Shown here one piece after another: positions 8,399-17,099 of a stretch of 64,000 nucleotides of DNA. A program made the translations under genes and the position numbers. The notes under the pieces are model-generated. The model saw only the letters and a program-made list of their open reading frames with translations, was not told the DNA's origin and did no database searches. Location of the stretch: the IMG/VR virus record IMGVR_UViG_3300030943_000012. The stretch is one strand, 5' to 3'. Source of the stretch: an uncultured virus (IMG/VR IMGVR_UViG_3300030943_000012). Lineage: Duplodnaviria; Heunggongvirae; Uroviricota; Caudoviricetes. Every line of letters starts with the position of its first letter. Within the stretch, counting starts at the first letter, position 1.

Positions 8399-9619
8399 TC
8401 ACACCGGGGGCAAGGAGTTGAAATCGAACTTGTGGTTGGTCGTCGGCTGGGGCTGGGTGGTCTGGATTCCGTAGAAGACCGCGCCCTCGTCGCACGTCAG
8501 CACGATTTCACGATAGACCACGTTGCCCGGCACCGGCAACTGGGCGATCTGCATCTCGCCCGCGGGGAGATCGGGATTGACCTCGTAGCCGGTCTCGGTG
8601 TCGGTGATGCGGATTTTCGCACCGGTCTTGCCGCCGGAGACGAGGAAGGTGCATGGGCCGTAGACCATGAGGTGGATTGTTGAGAACTTGGAGTTCGAGC
8701 GATACGCAAAGCCGCCGAAACCAGCGCTCCATTGGCAGCGCCATTCGTCAAACCCAAACTTTGCGTCGAGCAGGTGCGCAAAGTGCGTATGCACGCCCAT
8801 ATGCTCATGGACTGGCTTGATCGTCGTTGGCTGCCACAAGCCGTCGCGTATTGCCGCCGACCGCTGGACGAGCAAATCGAATGCCGCGCCATCGCGCCGG
8901 TCTCTGACCGGTTCTCTTGCCAGCGTAAGACCTTGGTCTTCGAGGGGAGGCTCCTGGCCGACCATTTCGACTTCCGTCGGCGTCGCAGCGACGGAAACAA
9001 AACCGTGCTGCGCCAACACTGCGTCCCAGCACCAGTCCACTGAATTCCACTGCTCGTTGCCGCGGAACGCGGCGAACCTGCCGATATCAATGCCGGAGAG
9101 TTGTGCGAACACAGCGCGCGTGTCGCTCCACCAGCCGGTTCGGTAGTTGGCCAGCACCAGTTCGGCGGCGCGGCGCGCGAATACCACATGGCCCGCACCG
9201 AGATTTAACATCACAGCGTACCCATCGCGCTGGATCAGAATGCGATCTTCGTAAGCGCGCGCGGAAACGGCTCCCACGCAGAGGCCGTCGGCCGCGGCGG
9301 TGCTGAAAAGCTGCATCGTCTTGGCGAACCAGTCGTCAGGCAGGAGGACATCCGATTCGCAGAGGCCAACGTAGTCGTATTCCGCCGGATGGTGCAGCAT
9401 GGTCGTAAGCGCGTACACGATGGCGCGATCGGCGCCGCCCTTGACGGCTGGGCGCGATTCCGTTGCGTCGTAACGGTGTTCGTCGAAATAGGCGAGAGCA
9501 TCTTCGTCCGAAGACCCGTCGATCCATAGCAAATCGTGCTCGATGCCGAGCAATGGGCGGATTGTTTGCTTGGTGAGGGCAAGCCGGTCTTTCGTGAGAA
9601 AACTAATGCAGGTTTTCAT
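8399..9619 (-). CDS. GT-A fold (GT2-like) glycosyltransferase with extra C-terminal domain
   Basis: ISFLTKDR...LLWIDGSSD...YDYVGLCESD (DxD-like ExD motif). Confidence 0.7.
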   Translation of the reverse strand: MKTCISFLTKDRLALTKQTIRPLLGIEHDLLWIDGSSDEDALAYFDEHRYDATESRPAVKGGADRAIVYALTTMLHHPAEYDYVGLCESDVLLPDDWFAKTMQLFSTAAADGLCVGAVSARAYEDRILIQRDGYAVMLNLGAGHVVFARRAAELVLANYRTGWWSDTRAVFAQLSGIDIGRFAAFRGNEQWNSVDWCWDAVLAQHGFVSVAATPTEVEMVGQEPPLEDQGLTLAREPVRDRRDGAAFDLLVQRSAAIRDGLWQPTTIKPVHEHMGVHTHFAHLLDAKFGFDEWRCQWSAGFGGFAYRSNSKFSTIHLMVYGPCTFLVSGGKTGAKIRITDTETGYEVNPDLPAGEMQIAQLPVPGNVVYREIVLTCDEGAVFYGIQTTQPQPTTNHKFDFNSLPPV

Positions 9620-10140
9620 GCGCGTGCAAACTCCCCGTAGTGCTTCTCGGCCGCTTCCTTGCGGGCTGCGGCGGCATCCTGCTCCGTCTTGCAGTAAGCA
9701 ACAGCGGTCTTCTTGCCGCCGATAGAAACGTGCGCGACCCAGTACCCCTTGCCCGCGTCGAAGTAATAGCCTTTCCGCTTTCCGTTCGAGCAGTTTTGCG
9801 CGTTTGTAGCCTCGCGCAAGTTCTCGTCGCGGTTGTTCGTCGGAATTCCGTCGCGATGATCTACGATATCCGGCGGCTCAGTACCGCGAACTAGCTTCCA
9901 CACGATGCGGTGCGCCAAATACGCTCGCTTGTTCAGGTTTCCGCGCAAGTAGCCCCATTCGGCCGGCGTCGCAAACGCTTCTGTTCCAGCGTGCCTCCTG
10001 TTCCAGTAGCGGCCTGTCCCCGGATGCTTGAAATGTGATAGCGGCCGTTCTTTCCAGAAAAGTTTTCCGCTGCTCGGGTCGTAGCGCAAGCACTCGGCCA
10101 AATATTCTTGTGAGGGAAGTAGGATGGGCTTCACTATCAC
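9616..10140 (-). CDS. HNH endonuclease with AP2-like C-terminal domain
   Basis: AHRIVW...VDHRDGIPTNNRDENLREAT; C-terminal AAAARKEAAEKHYGEFA; GTGA overlap at the start. Confidence 0.9.
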   Translation of the reverse strand: MIVKPILLPSQEYLAECLRYDPSSGKLFWKERPLSHFKHPGTGRYWNRRHAGTEAFATPAEWGYLRGNLNKRAYLAHRIVWKLVRGTEPPDIVDHRDGIPTNNRDENLREATNAQNCSNGKRKGYYFDAGKGYWVAHVSIGGKKTAVAYCKTEQDAAAARKEAAEKHYGEFARA

Positions 10141-11141
10141 AGCAGCGGCTCGCAGTCGTCGAGAAAGGCATTGGCGGTTTCTACGGTCTTCGGATTGACG
10201 AAGTCGATGTGATCCAGCGTCTCCCATATCCGGCGGCAGTCGTCGATCACCGACTTGTTCGGCAGCTGTATCTTGTCCAGCACGGCGCCCAGCCGGACGA
10301 CGTTCTCGTACCCGGCGATCTCCGCGCGCATGTCGTCGATCAGGTTGTGGTCGTTCCGATTTTGCGCGGCGAACGGCTTGCCGAAGTGAACGTAGTAGCC
10401 GCGATCGCGCATGCAGCGCTGCACCAAGAGCGATGCGTAAATATCGTCATGGCGCCCAGCATGATTCCAGAGGAACCACGCCGGTACAAATTCGCGGCGC
10501 ACGGCGCTCGCCTGCGAGTTGAAGATGGTCCACGTATAGGGGTTGACCACGTAGCCCGCCGCGGTAAGCAGAGAAACGTGATGCACGTCGGGGGACAGCG
10601 CGATGCGGGTAACGCTGTCGATGTCGGGGTCCGCTATGCACGTCCCGGCCACGACGCCGACCTTCGGCCGCGCCACGCCGCCGAGCTGCGGCTGCGACTT
10701 CACGTCGTAGGGAAAACCGCGCTGGCGCGACGGCGGCCGCAGGTACTGGCCGGGATCGAACCAGCGGGTCTTGCTGACGATCTCGACGCCGGCCTCGAAG
10801 TTGAAGCCGTCCACGATCTGCTCGAAGTAGCGACTGTCGATGACGTGATTGTCGTCGTCCCATGAATGGACGACGTCGGCGCCGGACTTCAGCGCTTCGA
10901 GGAAACCCACGTTGCGCCTCTGAATAACGCCCCAACCGATTAGCGGCGAGCACGAATAGCCGAGGTCTTCCTGCGCGGACGCGGAGAGAAAGCGCACCTT
11001 GGCCTCGGCGCAGAACGGCGCCAGTTCCTCGGGCTCCTTGCGGTCACCGATCACCAAGAACTCCACATCGCCGCGGCACGCCTGGTACGCCGTGAGCGCA
11101 TGCGGGACATTGATCGTCGTCGTCACCGAAAAAATACGCAC
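10137..11141 (-). CDS. STELLO/DUF288- or RGP (GT75)-like glycosyltransferase/mutase
   Basis: VTTTIN, VIGDRKEP, RRNVGFLEA...WDDDN, RGFP, DPDIDS, FNSQ, GRHDDI. Confidence 0.75.
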   Translation of the reverse strand: MRIFSVTTTINVPHALTAYQACRGDVEFLVIGDRKEPEELAPFCAEAKVRFLSASAQEDLGYSCSPLIGWGVIQRRNVGFLEALKSGADVVHSWDDDNHVIDSRYFEQIVDGFNFEAGVEIVSKTRWFDPGQYLRPPSRQRGFPYDVKSQPQLGGVARPKVGVVAGTCIADPDIDSVTRIALSPDVHHVSLLTAAGYVVNPYTWTIFNSQASAVRREFVPAWFLWNHAGRHDDIYASLLVQRCMRDRGYYVHFGKPFAAQNRNDHNLIDDMRAEIAGYENVVRLGAVLDKIQLPNKSVIDDCRRIWETLDHIDFVNPKTVETANAFLDDCEPLL

Positions 11142-11144
11142 GTA

Positions 11145-11303
11145 CTATTTCCCCTTGAGATTGGTGAACCACGCGCGGATAATCTGCCGGATCACCGACG
11201 AGACGGTCATGTCGTACTTCTCGGCATAGTCCTTCAGCTCTGCCTTGATGGCAGGCGGCAGCTTGATGGACGTCGGCAGATCGTCGGCGGGCTGTTTGGG
11301 CAT
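11145..11303 (-). CDS. Ribbon-helix-helix (CopG/Arc-like) regulator, 52 aa (below ORF-track cutoff)
   Basis: MPKQPADDLPTSIKLPPAIKAELKDYAEKYDMTVSSVIRQIIRAWF; GAGG RBS; first gene of the glyco-operon. Confidence 0.75.
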   Translation of the reverse strand: MPKQPADDLPTSIKLPPAIKAELKDYAEKYDMTVSSVIRQIIRAWFTNLKGK

Positions 11304-11320
11304 TTATCCTCGAATAAGTT

Positions 11321-11360
11321 GGCCGAGCGGGCGGGCTGGGGGGTTAGCTCCCGCTCGGCC
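11321..11360 (-). promoter_or_regulatory. Strong leader hairpin upstream of the RHH gene
   Basis: GGCCGAGCGGG (11321-11331) / CCCGCTCGGCC (11350-11360), perfect 11-bp stem. Confidence 0.55.
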
Positions 11361-11430
11361 GTCACCGGGTACGCTGGACTACGGCCCCGACACAGCTATC
11401 CAACACTACGGTTTAGCGGGTGTCAACAAG

Positions 11431-11457
11431 AAAAAGCCCCCGGATTTCGCCGAGGGC
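11431..11457 (-). terminator. Rho-independent terminator
   Basis: Minus strand GCCCTCGG-CGAAAT-CCGGGGGC-TTTTT, followed by TTGACA; separates the upstream genes from the glyco-operon. Confidence 0.75.
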
Positions 11458-11482
11458 CTTCTCTTTGGGCAGGCGTGAAGCG

Positions 11483-11890
11483 TCAGGTACTGGGAAGACC
11501 CGGATCGCGCGGATCGACGGGGGCCGGCTCGAACGGCTCGGCCGGGCCGCCGGAGGGCGAGGTGACCGTGGTCGGCGCCGGCGCGGCATCGGTGTTCTCG
11601 TTGATCGCGTCGGTGATCTTCTGGGTGTTGGCCTCGAGCTGCGGCATGATCGCGGCCAGCTTGGCCTCGGCGGCCGGGCTCAGCTTCTCGCCGGCCAGCG
11701 CGTCCGCCAACTGGGTCTTGATGCTGTGGAGCAACGCTGTGATCGATTCGACCTGGGTGGTCTGGGCGGCAACCTTGTCGAGAAGCAAGTCGAGTGTGGA
11801 CATGATCGTCTCCAATCGTTGGGACATGTGCGTCAGCACCCGGAGAAGTTCCGGATCTGGTACGCGGTGGTGGTAAATGTGGAAATCCAT
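11483..11890 (-). CDS. Coiled-coil hypothetical protein
   Basis: Heptad-rich helix, Pro-rich tail, phage-like codon use. Confidence 0.65.
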   Translation of the reverse strand: MDFHIYHHRVPDPELLRVLTHMSQRLETIMSTLDLLLDKVAAQTTQVESITALLHSIKTQLADALAGEKLSPAAEAKLAAIMPQLEANTQKITDAINENTDAAPAPTTVTSPSGGPAEPFEPAPVDPRDPGLPST

Positions 11891-11926
11891 GACAGCAGCC
11901 TATGCGCGGTACATGACCAACGCAAG

Positions 11927-12229
11927 TCAGTTGGGCTTTGTTCCCTCCGGCGTGAGATTGCTTACCGGCCCCTTGGGGGGTTCGGGCTTCGCCGGAGTAT
12001 CGCCCGCCGGCGCCTTGGCGATCTTTTGCTGGAAATAGGTCGCGAGCGCGCCGAGATCGAGCTGGCGGGCCTGCGCCGCGGTCGCGAGGATGCCCTTGTC
12101 GTCGAGCAGGATCTTCTTCTCGGCATCGGTCAGGATGACGATGGAGCAAGGGTTGTCCATCGGGCATGTGGTGCGGTCGTCGGCGTTGGCGGCGGTGGAC
12201 AGCAGGAGGAGCGGTAGCAAGTATCGCAT
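11927..12229 (-). CDS. Secreted hypothetical protein
   Basis: Signal peptide MRYLLPLLLLSTAANA; AAGGA RBS. Confidence 0.7.
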   Translation of the reverse strand: MRYLLPLLLLSTAANADDRTTCPMDNPCSIVILTDAEKKILLDDKGILATAAQARQLDLGALATYFQQKIAKAPAGDTPAKPEPPKGPVSNLTPEGTKPN

Positions 12230-12240
12230 GTGGTTTTCCT

Positions 12241-12411
12241 TCAGTTGTGGACGTGGCAGAGGTGCTTGATCTCGTCGAGGTGTGCCTGCTGCCGGTTGAA
12301 CCGGGCGACGTCCTGCAGCAGGCGGGACTCGATCGCCGCGAAATCGGGCTTGAAACGGAACTGATCGTTCTCGTCGCGAATAAAAATCTTCCTGGGTTTA
12401 CCGTCGCTCAC
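12241..12411 (-). CDS. Small hypothetical protein (56 aa)
   Basis: GTG start after GAGGAG; MSDGKPRKIFIRDENDQFRFKPDFAAIESRLLQ... Confidence 0.55.
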   Translation of the reverse strand: MSDGKPRKIFIRDENDQFRFKPDFAAIESRLLQDVARFNRQQAHLDEIKHLCHVHN

Positions 12412-12664
12412 GTTGGGATACTCCTCTGATCAGCGTAAAACCATTGCCGCAGTGCCGGCATCGGCGCACGGTAAGCGGCAGGGCGACGTGGTGGGCGTCC
12501 CGCACCGGCTCGTCGCGCCAGTTGTGCTTGCCGAGCTTGCACCGCTTGAGGCGCCGCTGGTGCCACCAGTGGCTGTCCTGGACGATGGCCGAAACGACAA
12601 AAGCGGAAAACAAGACGGCGATCCCCAGCAGGACCATAACCCATTTCTCCAGTTCGCTCATCAC
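12398..12664 (-). CDS. Membrane-anchored Cys/His protein
   Basis: N-terminal TM; CKLGKHNW...CRHCG. Confidence 0.6.
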   Translation of the reverse strand: MMSELEKWVMVLLGIAVLFSAFVVSAIVQDSHWWHQRRLKRCKLGKHNWRDEPVRDAHHVALPLTVRRCRHCGNGFTLIRGVSQRERR

Positions 12665-12963
12665 TCAGCCCCTTCCTGCGATAAACCCAGCACGTGCATC
12701 TTGGCGTGCTCGACCAGCCACAGCGCGCACTCTCGGCTCATATGCGACGAGCGGGTGGCGAAGTCAGGCGAATCCTTGCGGTACCCGATGATGATCACCT
12801 CGTCCCACTCCTCGCGGGAGCAGAGCGTCAGCGCCTCCTCCGGCGTCATGCGCGTGTGCGGGCCGAATTCGACGACTTCTGCGCTCATGACAGGAAAAAC
12901 CAGGCCAGGAGGACGACCTTCCACCAGGCCAGTGGACACCCTTCGCAGACGTCGTCGCAGCAA
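12661..12963 (-). CDS. Hypothetical protein (start uncertain)
   Basis: Coupled ORF in the small-gene cluster. Confidence 0.5.
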   Translation of the reverse strand: MLRRRLRRVSTGLVEGRPPGLVFPVMSAEVVEFGPHTRMTPEEALTLCSREEWDEVIIIGYRKDSPDFATRSSHMSRECALWLVEHAKMHVLGLSQEGAE

Positions 12964-12982
12964 TCGAGAAGATCGTCCTCGT

Positions 12983-13258
12983 TCATTTGTAGAACTCCGA
13001 GTTGCGAATCAGACGAGTGAACAGCACCGGCTCTTGGTTGCTAGAATACCAGAACCTCGCCACATGATCGCCGTACAATTCGCGGTTCAGATCGTCGCGA
13101 AGTCTGGCGTATGCAGCATCGAGATGCTGCTGGACAAGCGCCAGCGGGTCGACCGGCTCCATCACTTTCACCGGCATCAGCGATGATGCGCGGACGATGG
13201 CCGGCGCGGCCGCCAGCGAGATCAGCCCCGTGATGAAACCGCGCCGGCCGATATTCAT
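12983..13258 (-). CDS. Protein with twin-arginine-like signal
   Basis: MNIGRRGFITGLISLAAAPAIVRA. Confidence 0.65.
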   Translation of the reverse strand: MNIGRRGFITGLISLAAAPAIVRASSLMPVKVMEPVDPLALVQQHLDAAYARLRDDLNRELYGDHVARFWYSSNQEPVLFTRLIRNSEFYK

Positions 13259-13485
13259 CGGGCCCTCTCCGCCTTGCGCTGTTCCCGAGCGCGCTGCACA
13301 GCGGCAACCGCGGCCTGCTCGGCGAGCTCCGCCGAGGCAAAGGGGCCGTCGACGGTCGCCCCGGAAAACAGCTCGACAACATTCCAACCGTCTTCGCAGA
13401 GGGCGGCGACAAGCCTTTCGGGCCGATAAGTGCTCATCCTCGTGCTCCCGGCATGAAGCAGGTGATCCTGCCCCTGAATATCCAC
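13255..13485 (-). CDS. Hypothetical protein (start probably near 13437)
   Basis: Coupled to both neighbours. Confidence 0.45.
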   Translation of the reverse strand: MDIQGQDHLLHAGSTRMSTYRPERLVAALCEDGWNVVELFSGATVDGPFASAELAEQAAVAAVQRAREQRKAERAR

Positions 13486-13793
13486 ACCATGGCGTAGCCG
13501 ATCCGGTTGGTCTCAGTGATGATCTGGCTGTCGCTCAGCCGGTGCCATGTCCCGTCGATCTGAACCTCGTAGTCGGCGCCGACGCTGCGCCAGTTCGGAT
13601 CCTCGACCCGGAACCCGTCTGACGAGTCACAGCATCCCATGCCGTCCTTGTTCTTGAGCGACTCGATCCACGCCTTGTTCGGCGAGTTGGCGTAGCGGTT
13701 ATCGAGGTCGCGGGGATGCGCCGCGTTCACGGCGAGTCCGAAGATCACGGAGAATGTGAAAAGCAGAACGACGAGAGCGCGGCGGTTGAGCAT
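13434..13793 (-). CDS. Secreted Cys-containing protein
   Basis: Signal/TM, then GMGCCDSSDG...ITCFMPG. Confidence 0.7.
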   Translation of the reverse strand: MLNRRALVVLLFTFSVIFGLAVNAAHPRDLDNRYANSPNKAWIESLKNKDGMGCCDSSDGFRVEDPNWRSVGADYEVQIDGTWHRLSDSQIITETNRIGYAMVWIFRGRITCFMPGARG

Positions 13794-13942
13794 TACTTCT
13801 TCCCCATCTTCTTCTGGCCCTTGGCGTCGGCCTTCTTGTCGGCGGCCGAGCCCTCGTACACCTTGGCGGACATGCCGGCCTTCTTGGCGCCTTTCGCATC
13901 CGCTTTCTTGTCGGCGGGCGACCCTTCGTACTTTTTCGCCAT
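13793..13942 (-). CDS. Small basic Lys/Ala-rich repeat protein (49 aa)
   Basis: MAKKYEGSPADKKADAKGAKKAGMSAKVYEGSAADKKADAKGQKKMGKK; AGGAG RBS; TAATG coupling. Confidence 0.75.
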   Translation of the reverse strand: MAKKYEGSPADKKADAKGAKKAGMSAKVYEGSAADKKADAKGQKKMGKK

Positions 13943-13982
13943 CGTCTTCTCCTGGTGTGGCGCGGGATGCGCCGGGTAAAGG

Positions 13983-14156
13983 CTACCGTAATCCGTTCTT
14001 TTTGGCGAACCATTCCGGCATCGTAAACGTCTTCTTGTCCTGCGTCGTCACTTGCGACTTCGGCAGCCAGACATCCTGCACCCCGACATGCACCAAATAC
14101 GACCGCGCGGTCTCGTAACGGTATTCGAGCGGGATGGTGACGGGGTCGGAATTCAT
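13983..14156 (-). CDS. Small phage protein (WLPKSQ motif)
   Basis: ETARSYLV...VWLPKSQV...MPEWFAKKNGL; ATGA coupling. Confidence 0.65.
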   Translation of the reverse strand: MNSDPVTIPLEYRYETARSYLVHVGVQDVWLPKSQVTTQDKKTFTMPEWFAKKNGLR

Positions 14157-14462
14157 CGGAGCCATTCCAAAGCTACTGCCGTCGCAAGCGGGATCGAAGC
14201 GCACAGCGTAACCCAGGCGATCAGCACGGCAAGCGCGAATTTATCGTCGGTCATGTCGGGCTCCATCAGTTGCGGCTTTCGGCGTCGTGGAAGATGCCGT
14301 CACGCCACAAACGTGATGCTTCGTAATAGATGCGTTCAGCGCGGATCAGCGCAGACCTGGCCGCCGCGTAGTTAGCTTTTGCCGTATTTAGCTGTGCCAG
14401 CGCTTCTTGGAGATTGCGTTCGGTGTCCATCGGAGGCTTCTCTCGGTTCGTGGCGGATTGGA

Positions 14463-15467
14463 CTACAGGATAGTGGGGGTGTCAAGGGCCTTCTGGATGC
14501 GCTCGCGGGCCATTTTCGCGTAATCCGGGTTCAGTTCACACAGGAAGGCAAGCCGGTTGTGCTGGGTGGCCACGAGCCCGGTGGTGCCGGCGCCGCCGAA
14601 CGGATCGATCACCGCACCGCCGACCGGGGAGCCGGCGAGGATGCACGGCTCGGCCAGCGCAGGAGGGAACGTGGCAAAGTGGGCTTCCTTGAACGGCCGC
14701 GTGGGAATGGTCCAGACGGAGCGGCGGTTGCGCATGTCGACGATGGCGCGAAAAGCGTTTTGCCCAGTGGATGCCATCGCTTCGGTTTTCCCGGCGAACG
14801 AACCTTTCGGGCGGCTCGGCCGCACCTTCTGCACACGCCCTTGCTGGTGCTCCCCCGATTTGCCGGTGTGAAACTGGCTTCCCTTGGCGCCGCACACCGC
14901 TTCCTCCTTCACAGCCTCCGCATCGTAAAAATAGGTCTTCGATTTCGACAGCATGAACACGTACTCGTGGGACTTCGTGCAGCGATCGGTCACGCTCTCC
15001 GGCATCGGGTTGGGCTTGTGCCAGATGATGTCCTGGCGGAGATACCAGCCGTCGGCGCGCAGCGCGAACGCCACCATCCACGGGATGCCGATAAGGTCTT
15101 TTTCCTTGACGCCGCTCGGCAGTCCAGCCCCGCCGCTGTAGCCCATCTCAGCGATGTTGCGCCCGTTCGGCGTGCCTGACTTTCCCTTCGCGGGGTTGCG
15201 CGCGTAGCTGTCGCCGAGATTGAGCCAGAGCGTGCCGTCATCGCGCAGGCCGCGATGCACTTCGCGGAAAACCGCGACGAGCTCGGCCACATACGCTTCG
15301 GGCGTCTGCTCCAGCCCGATTTGCCCGGCGTGGCCGTAATCGCGCAGGCCGAAATAGGGTGGGCTGGTCACGCAGCAGTGCGCGAACTTGTCAGGCCACG
15401 TCTTTAGGACGCTTCGGGCGTCGCCCTCATGGACGAGAAAGCGGGGTGGCGACTGGGGTGGGGGCAT
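14463..15467 (-). CDS. DNA N4/N6 methyltransferase (beta class)
   Basis: TSPPY, IIWHKPNPMPES, HFATFP, DPFGGAGTT, CELNPDY. Confidence 0.93.
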   Translation of the reverse strand: MPPPQSPPRFLVHEGDARSVLKTWPDKFAHCCVTSPPYFGLRDYGHAGQIGLEQTPEAYVAELVAVFREVHRGLRDDGTLWLNLGDSYARNPAKGKSGTPNGRNIAEMGYSGGAGLPSGVKEKDLIGIPWMVAFALRADGWYLRQDIIWHKPNPMPESVTDRCTKSHEYVFMLSKSKTYFYDAEAVKEEAVCGAKGSQFHTGKSGEHQQGRVQKVRPSRPKGSFAGKTEAMASTGQNAFRAIVDMRNRRSVWTIPTRPFKEAHFATFPPALAEPCILAGSPVGGAVIDPFGGAGTTGLVATQHNRLAFLCELNPDYAKMARERIQKALDTPTIL

Positions 15468-15769
15468 TCGGGGGCCTTGAGGTTCGGTTGAGGGGCGTTT
15501 TTACTACTTCGTAGCGGGAAGGGCAAGGGGCTCGGCGCTGAGGGCGTCGCGACCTAGAATTTGGTTGGTGGTGTTAGGATACCGTAGGTCGGATTTTCAT
15601 TTTTTCCCCCGTCGCTCGGCGAAAAGGGTACAGAATTTTTTTCTTATGGGTGACCCATCGGTTAGCGGTGCTGGGGTACCTGCCCCGCCTGCCCGGCTGG
15701 GGGTGGCAGGCCCGACCTACCCTAGGTACCAGGGGAGGGAGAGAGGGGCTGTGGTGTAGGGTGCTGGCA

Positions 15770-15782
15770 TAACCTGTTGATA
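15770..15782 (-). promoter_or_regulatory. IHF consensus site
   Basis: Minus strand TATCAACAGGTTA matches WATCAANNNNTTR exactly, in the non-coding 15.5-15.85 kb region. Confidence 0.5.
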
Positions 15783-15848
15783 TCCTTAGCTATTGTGGTG
15801 GAACCGTGGTCTGTCTTGTAAGTCTGACCGTGGTTTGGGGCTGGGCGT

Positions 15849-16250
15849 ATGGTGCCAGGCGCTTGGCGGATCCAATCAGCATTGGTAGGTTGTCGAGCGC
15901 GGTGCGCAGCGTATGGAGCGGCAGTGGAACAGGAAGCAAAGAGCGCGGGACAAAAGGTACCCAAGAATTTCAGGCGCGTGGTGGTACGGGCAGACGAACT
16001 GAACAATCTGATTCGCATGCTGCGGCCGAACGCGACGCGCACGGAACTGCTAGACCTATTCGACAACCGCGCCAGTTGGCATTCGATAGAGAGCTGGCGG
16101 TTGGGCCGACGCTACGTCGCGCCATGGGCAATCCAATTGCTAAACGAACGCATAGACGCGATGCGCGAGCTGGCTGCGCGGATCAAACCCGGACCCGGAC
16201 AAAGCGCCGGCTGGCGCAATGTCCATGGCTACGCGGCGAACAAGCGTTAA
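15849..16250 (+). CDS. Putative HTH-like DNA-binding protein (start uncertain)
   Basis: TELLDLFDNRASWHSIESWRLGRRYVAPWAIQLL resembles an XRE-type HTH. Confidence 0.5.
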   Translation: MVPGAWRIQSALVGCRARCAAYGAAVEQEAKSAGQKVPKNFRRVVVRADELNNLIRMLRPNATRTELLDLFDNRASWHSIESWRLGRRYVAPWAIQLLNERIDAMRELAARIKPGPGQSAGWRNVHGYAANKR

Positions 16251-16478
16251 TCTTCAATCACGCTGCTTTCCATGTGGTCGGCACCGTAGCGGCGAACGCG
16301 GTAAGCCTCCGCTTCCTTATGCGTAGCAAATCGCCCGACGCACACGGCGAAACCGCACGACTCGCCGTCGTCATATTCTTCGGTGCTGAAAACCACGACT
16401 GCGAAACGGTTGCTTGTCATCTCATTTCCCCTCAATTCGCGCCGCGCACCATGCCCGACGCCTTTCGTGTCATTACCC

Positions 16479-16832
16479 TTACTCTCTAAACCCACCTTCG
16501 TCAAGCGGTTCGTCGTCGCGCCCCAAAATAAATTGCACGCGATAGCCGAACCACATTTTCGCGTTGTGAAAGCCGAGCCGCTTGCCGGCAGGATACAGCC
16601 GCGCCTTGATGCCAGGTTGCCGCGCCCAATAATCGAAGGCTAACAGCACCTCTGCAATGCGCAGATCCGAATCGTATTTGTCGAAGTGCTGCAGCTGCGC
16701 AAACAGATCGGCGCGCATATCCTCCGGACCGATTACAAGCCCGTCGCGCCGCTTCATGCGCTTTCCCGAACACCATTTCTCAAGCGTCTCAAACCAAGCT
16801 TCGAGATCCGCGCTCATGATTGCTTTCGCCAT
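16479..16832 (-). CDS. Hypothetical protein
   Basis: GGAGG RBS before ATG 16832. Confidence 0.55.
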   Translation of the reverse strand: MAKAIMSADLEAWFETLEKWCSGKRMKRRDGLVIGPEDMRADLFAQLQHFDKYDSDLRIAEVLLAFDYWARQPGIKARLYPAGKRLGFHNAKMWFGYRVQFILGRDDEPLDEGGFRE

Positions 16833-17099
16833 TGCCTATCCTCCGGTTGCGATGTGCCATGCTCGCGGCGCGAATCGCCCGAGTCAAGTGGCACGAAATA
16901 CAACCGCAACGTGCAAAACCCGCGCTGCGCAGTTTGATTTTCGACCGTTCAGCCAAAAACATAATAATGCCAATCACTTACGAAAAAACTGACGAAAACG
17001 CCCTCAAAAAAAAACTCAACTCTTTTTACTACTCCGCAGATACAGCGGAAGCGCTAAACTAATCTAATAGAACCGGGGGCCAAGTTGACGGTTTTATAA

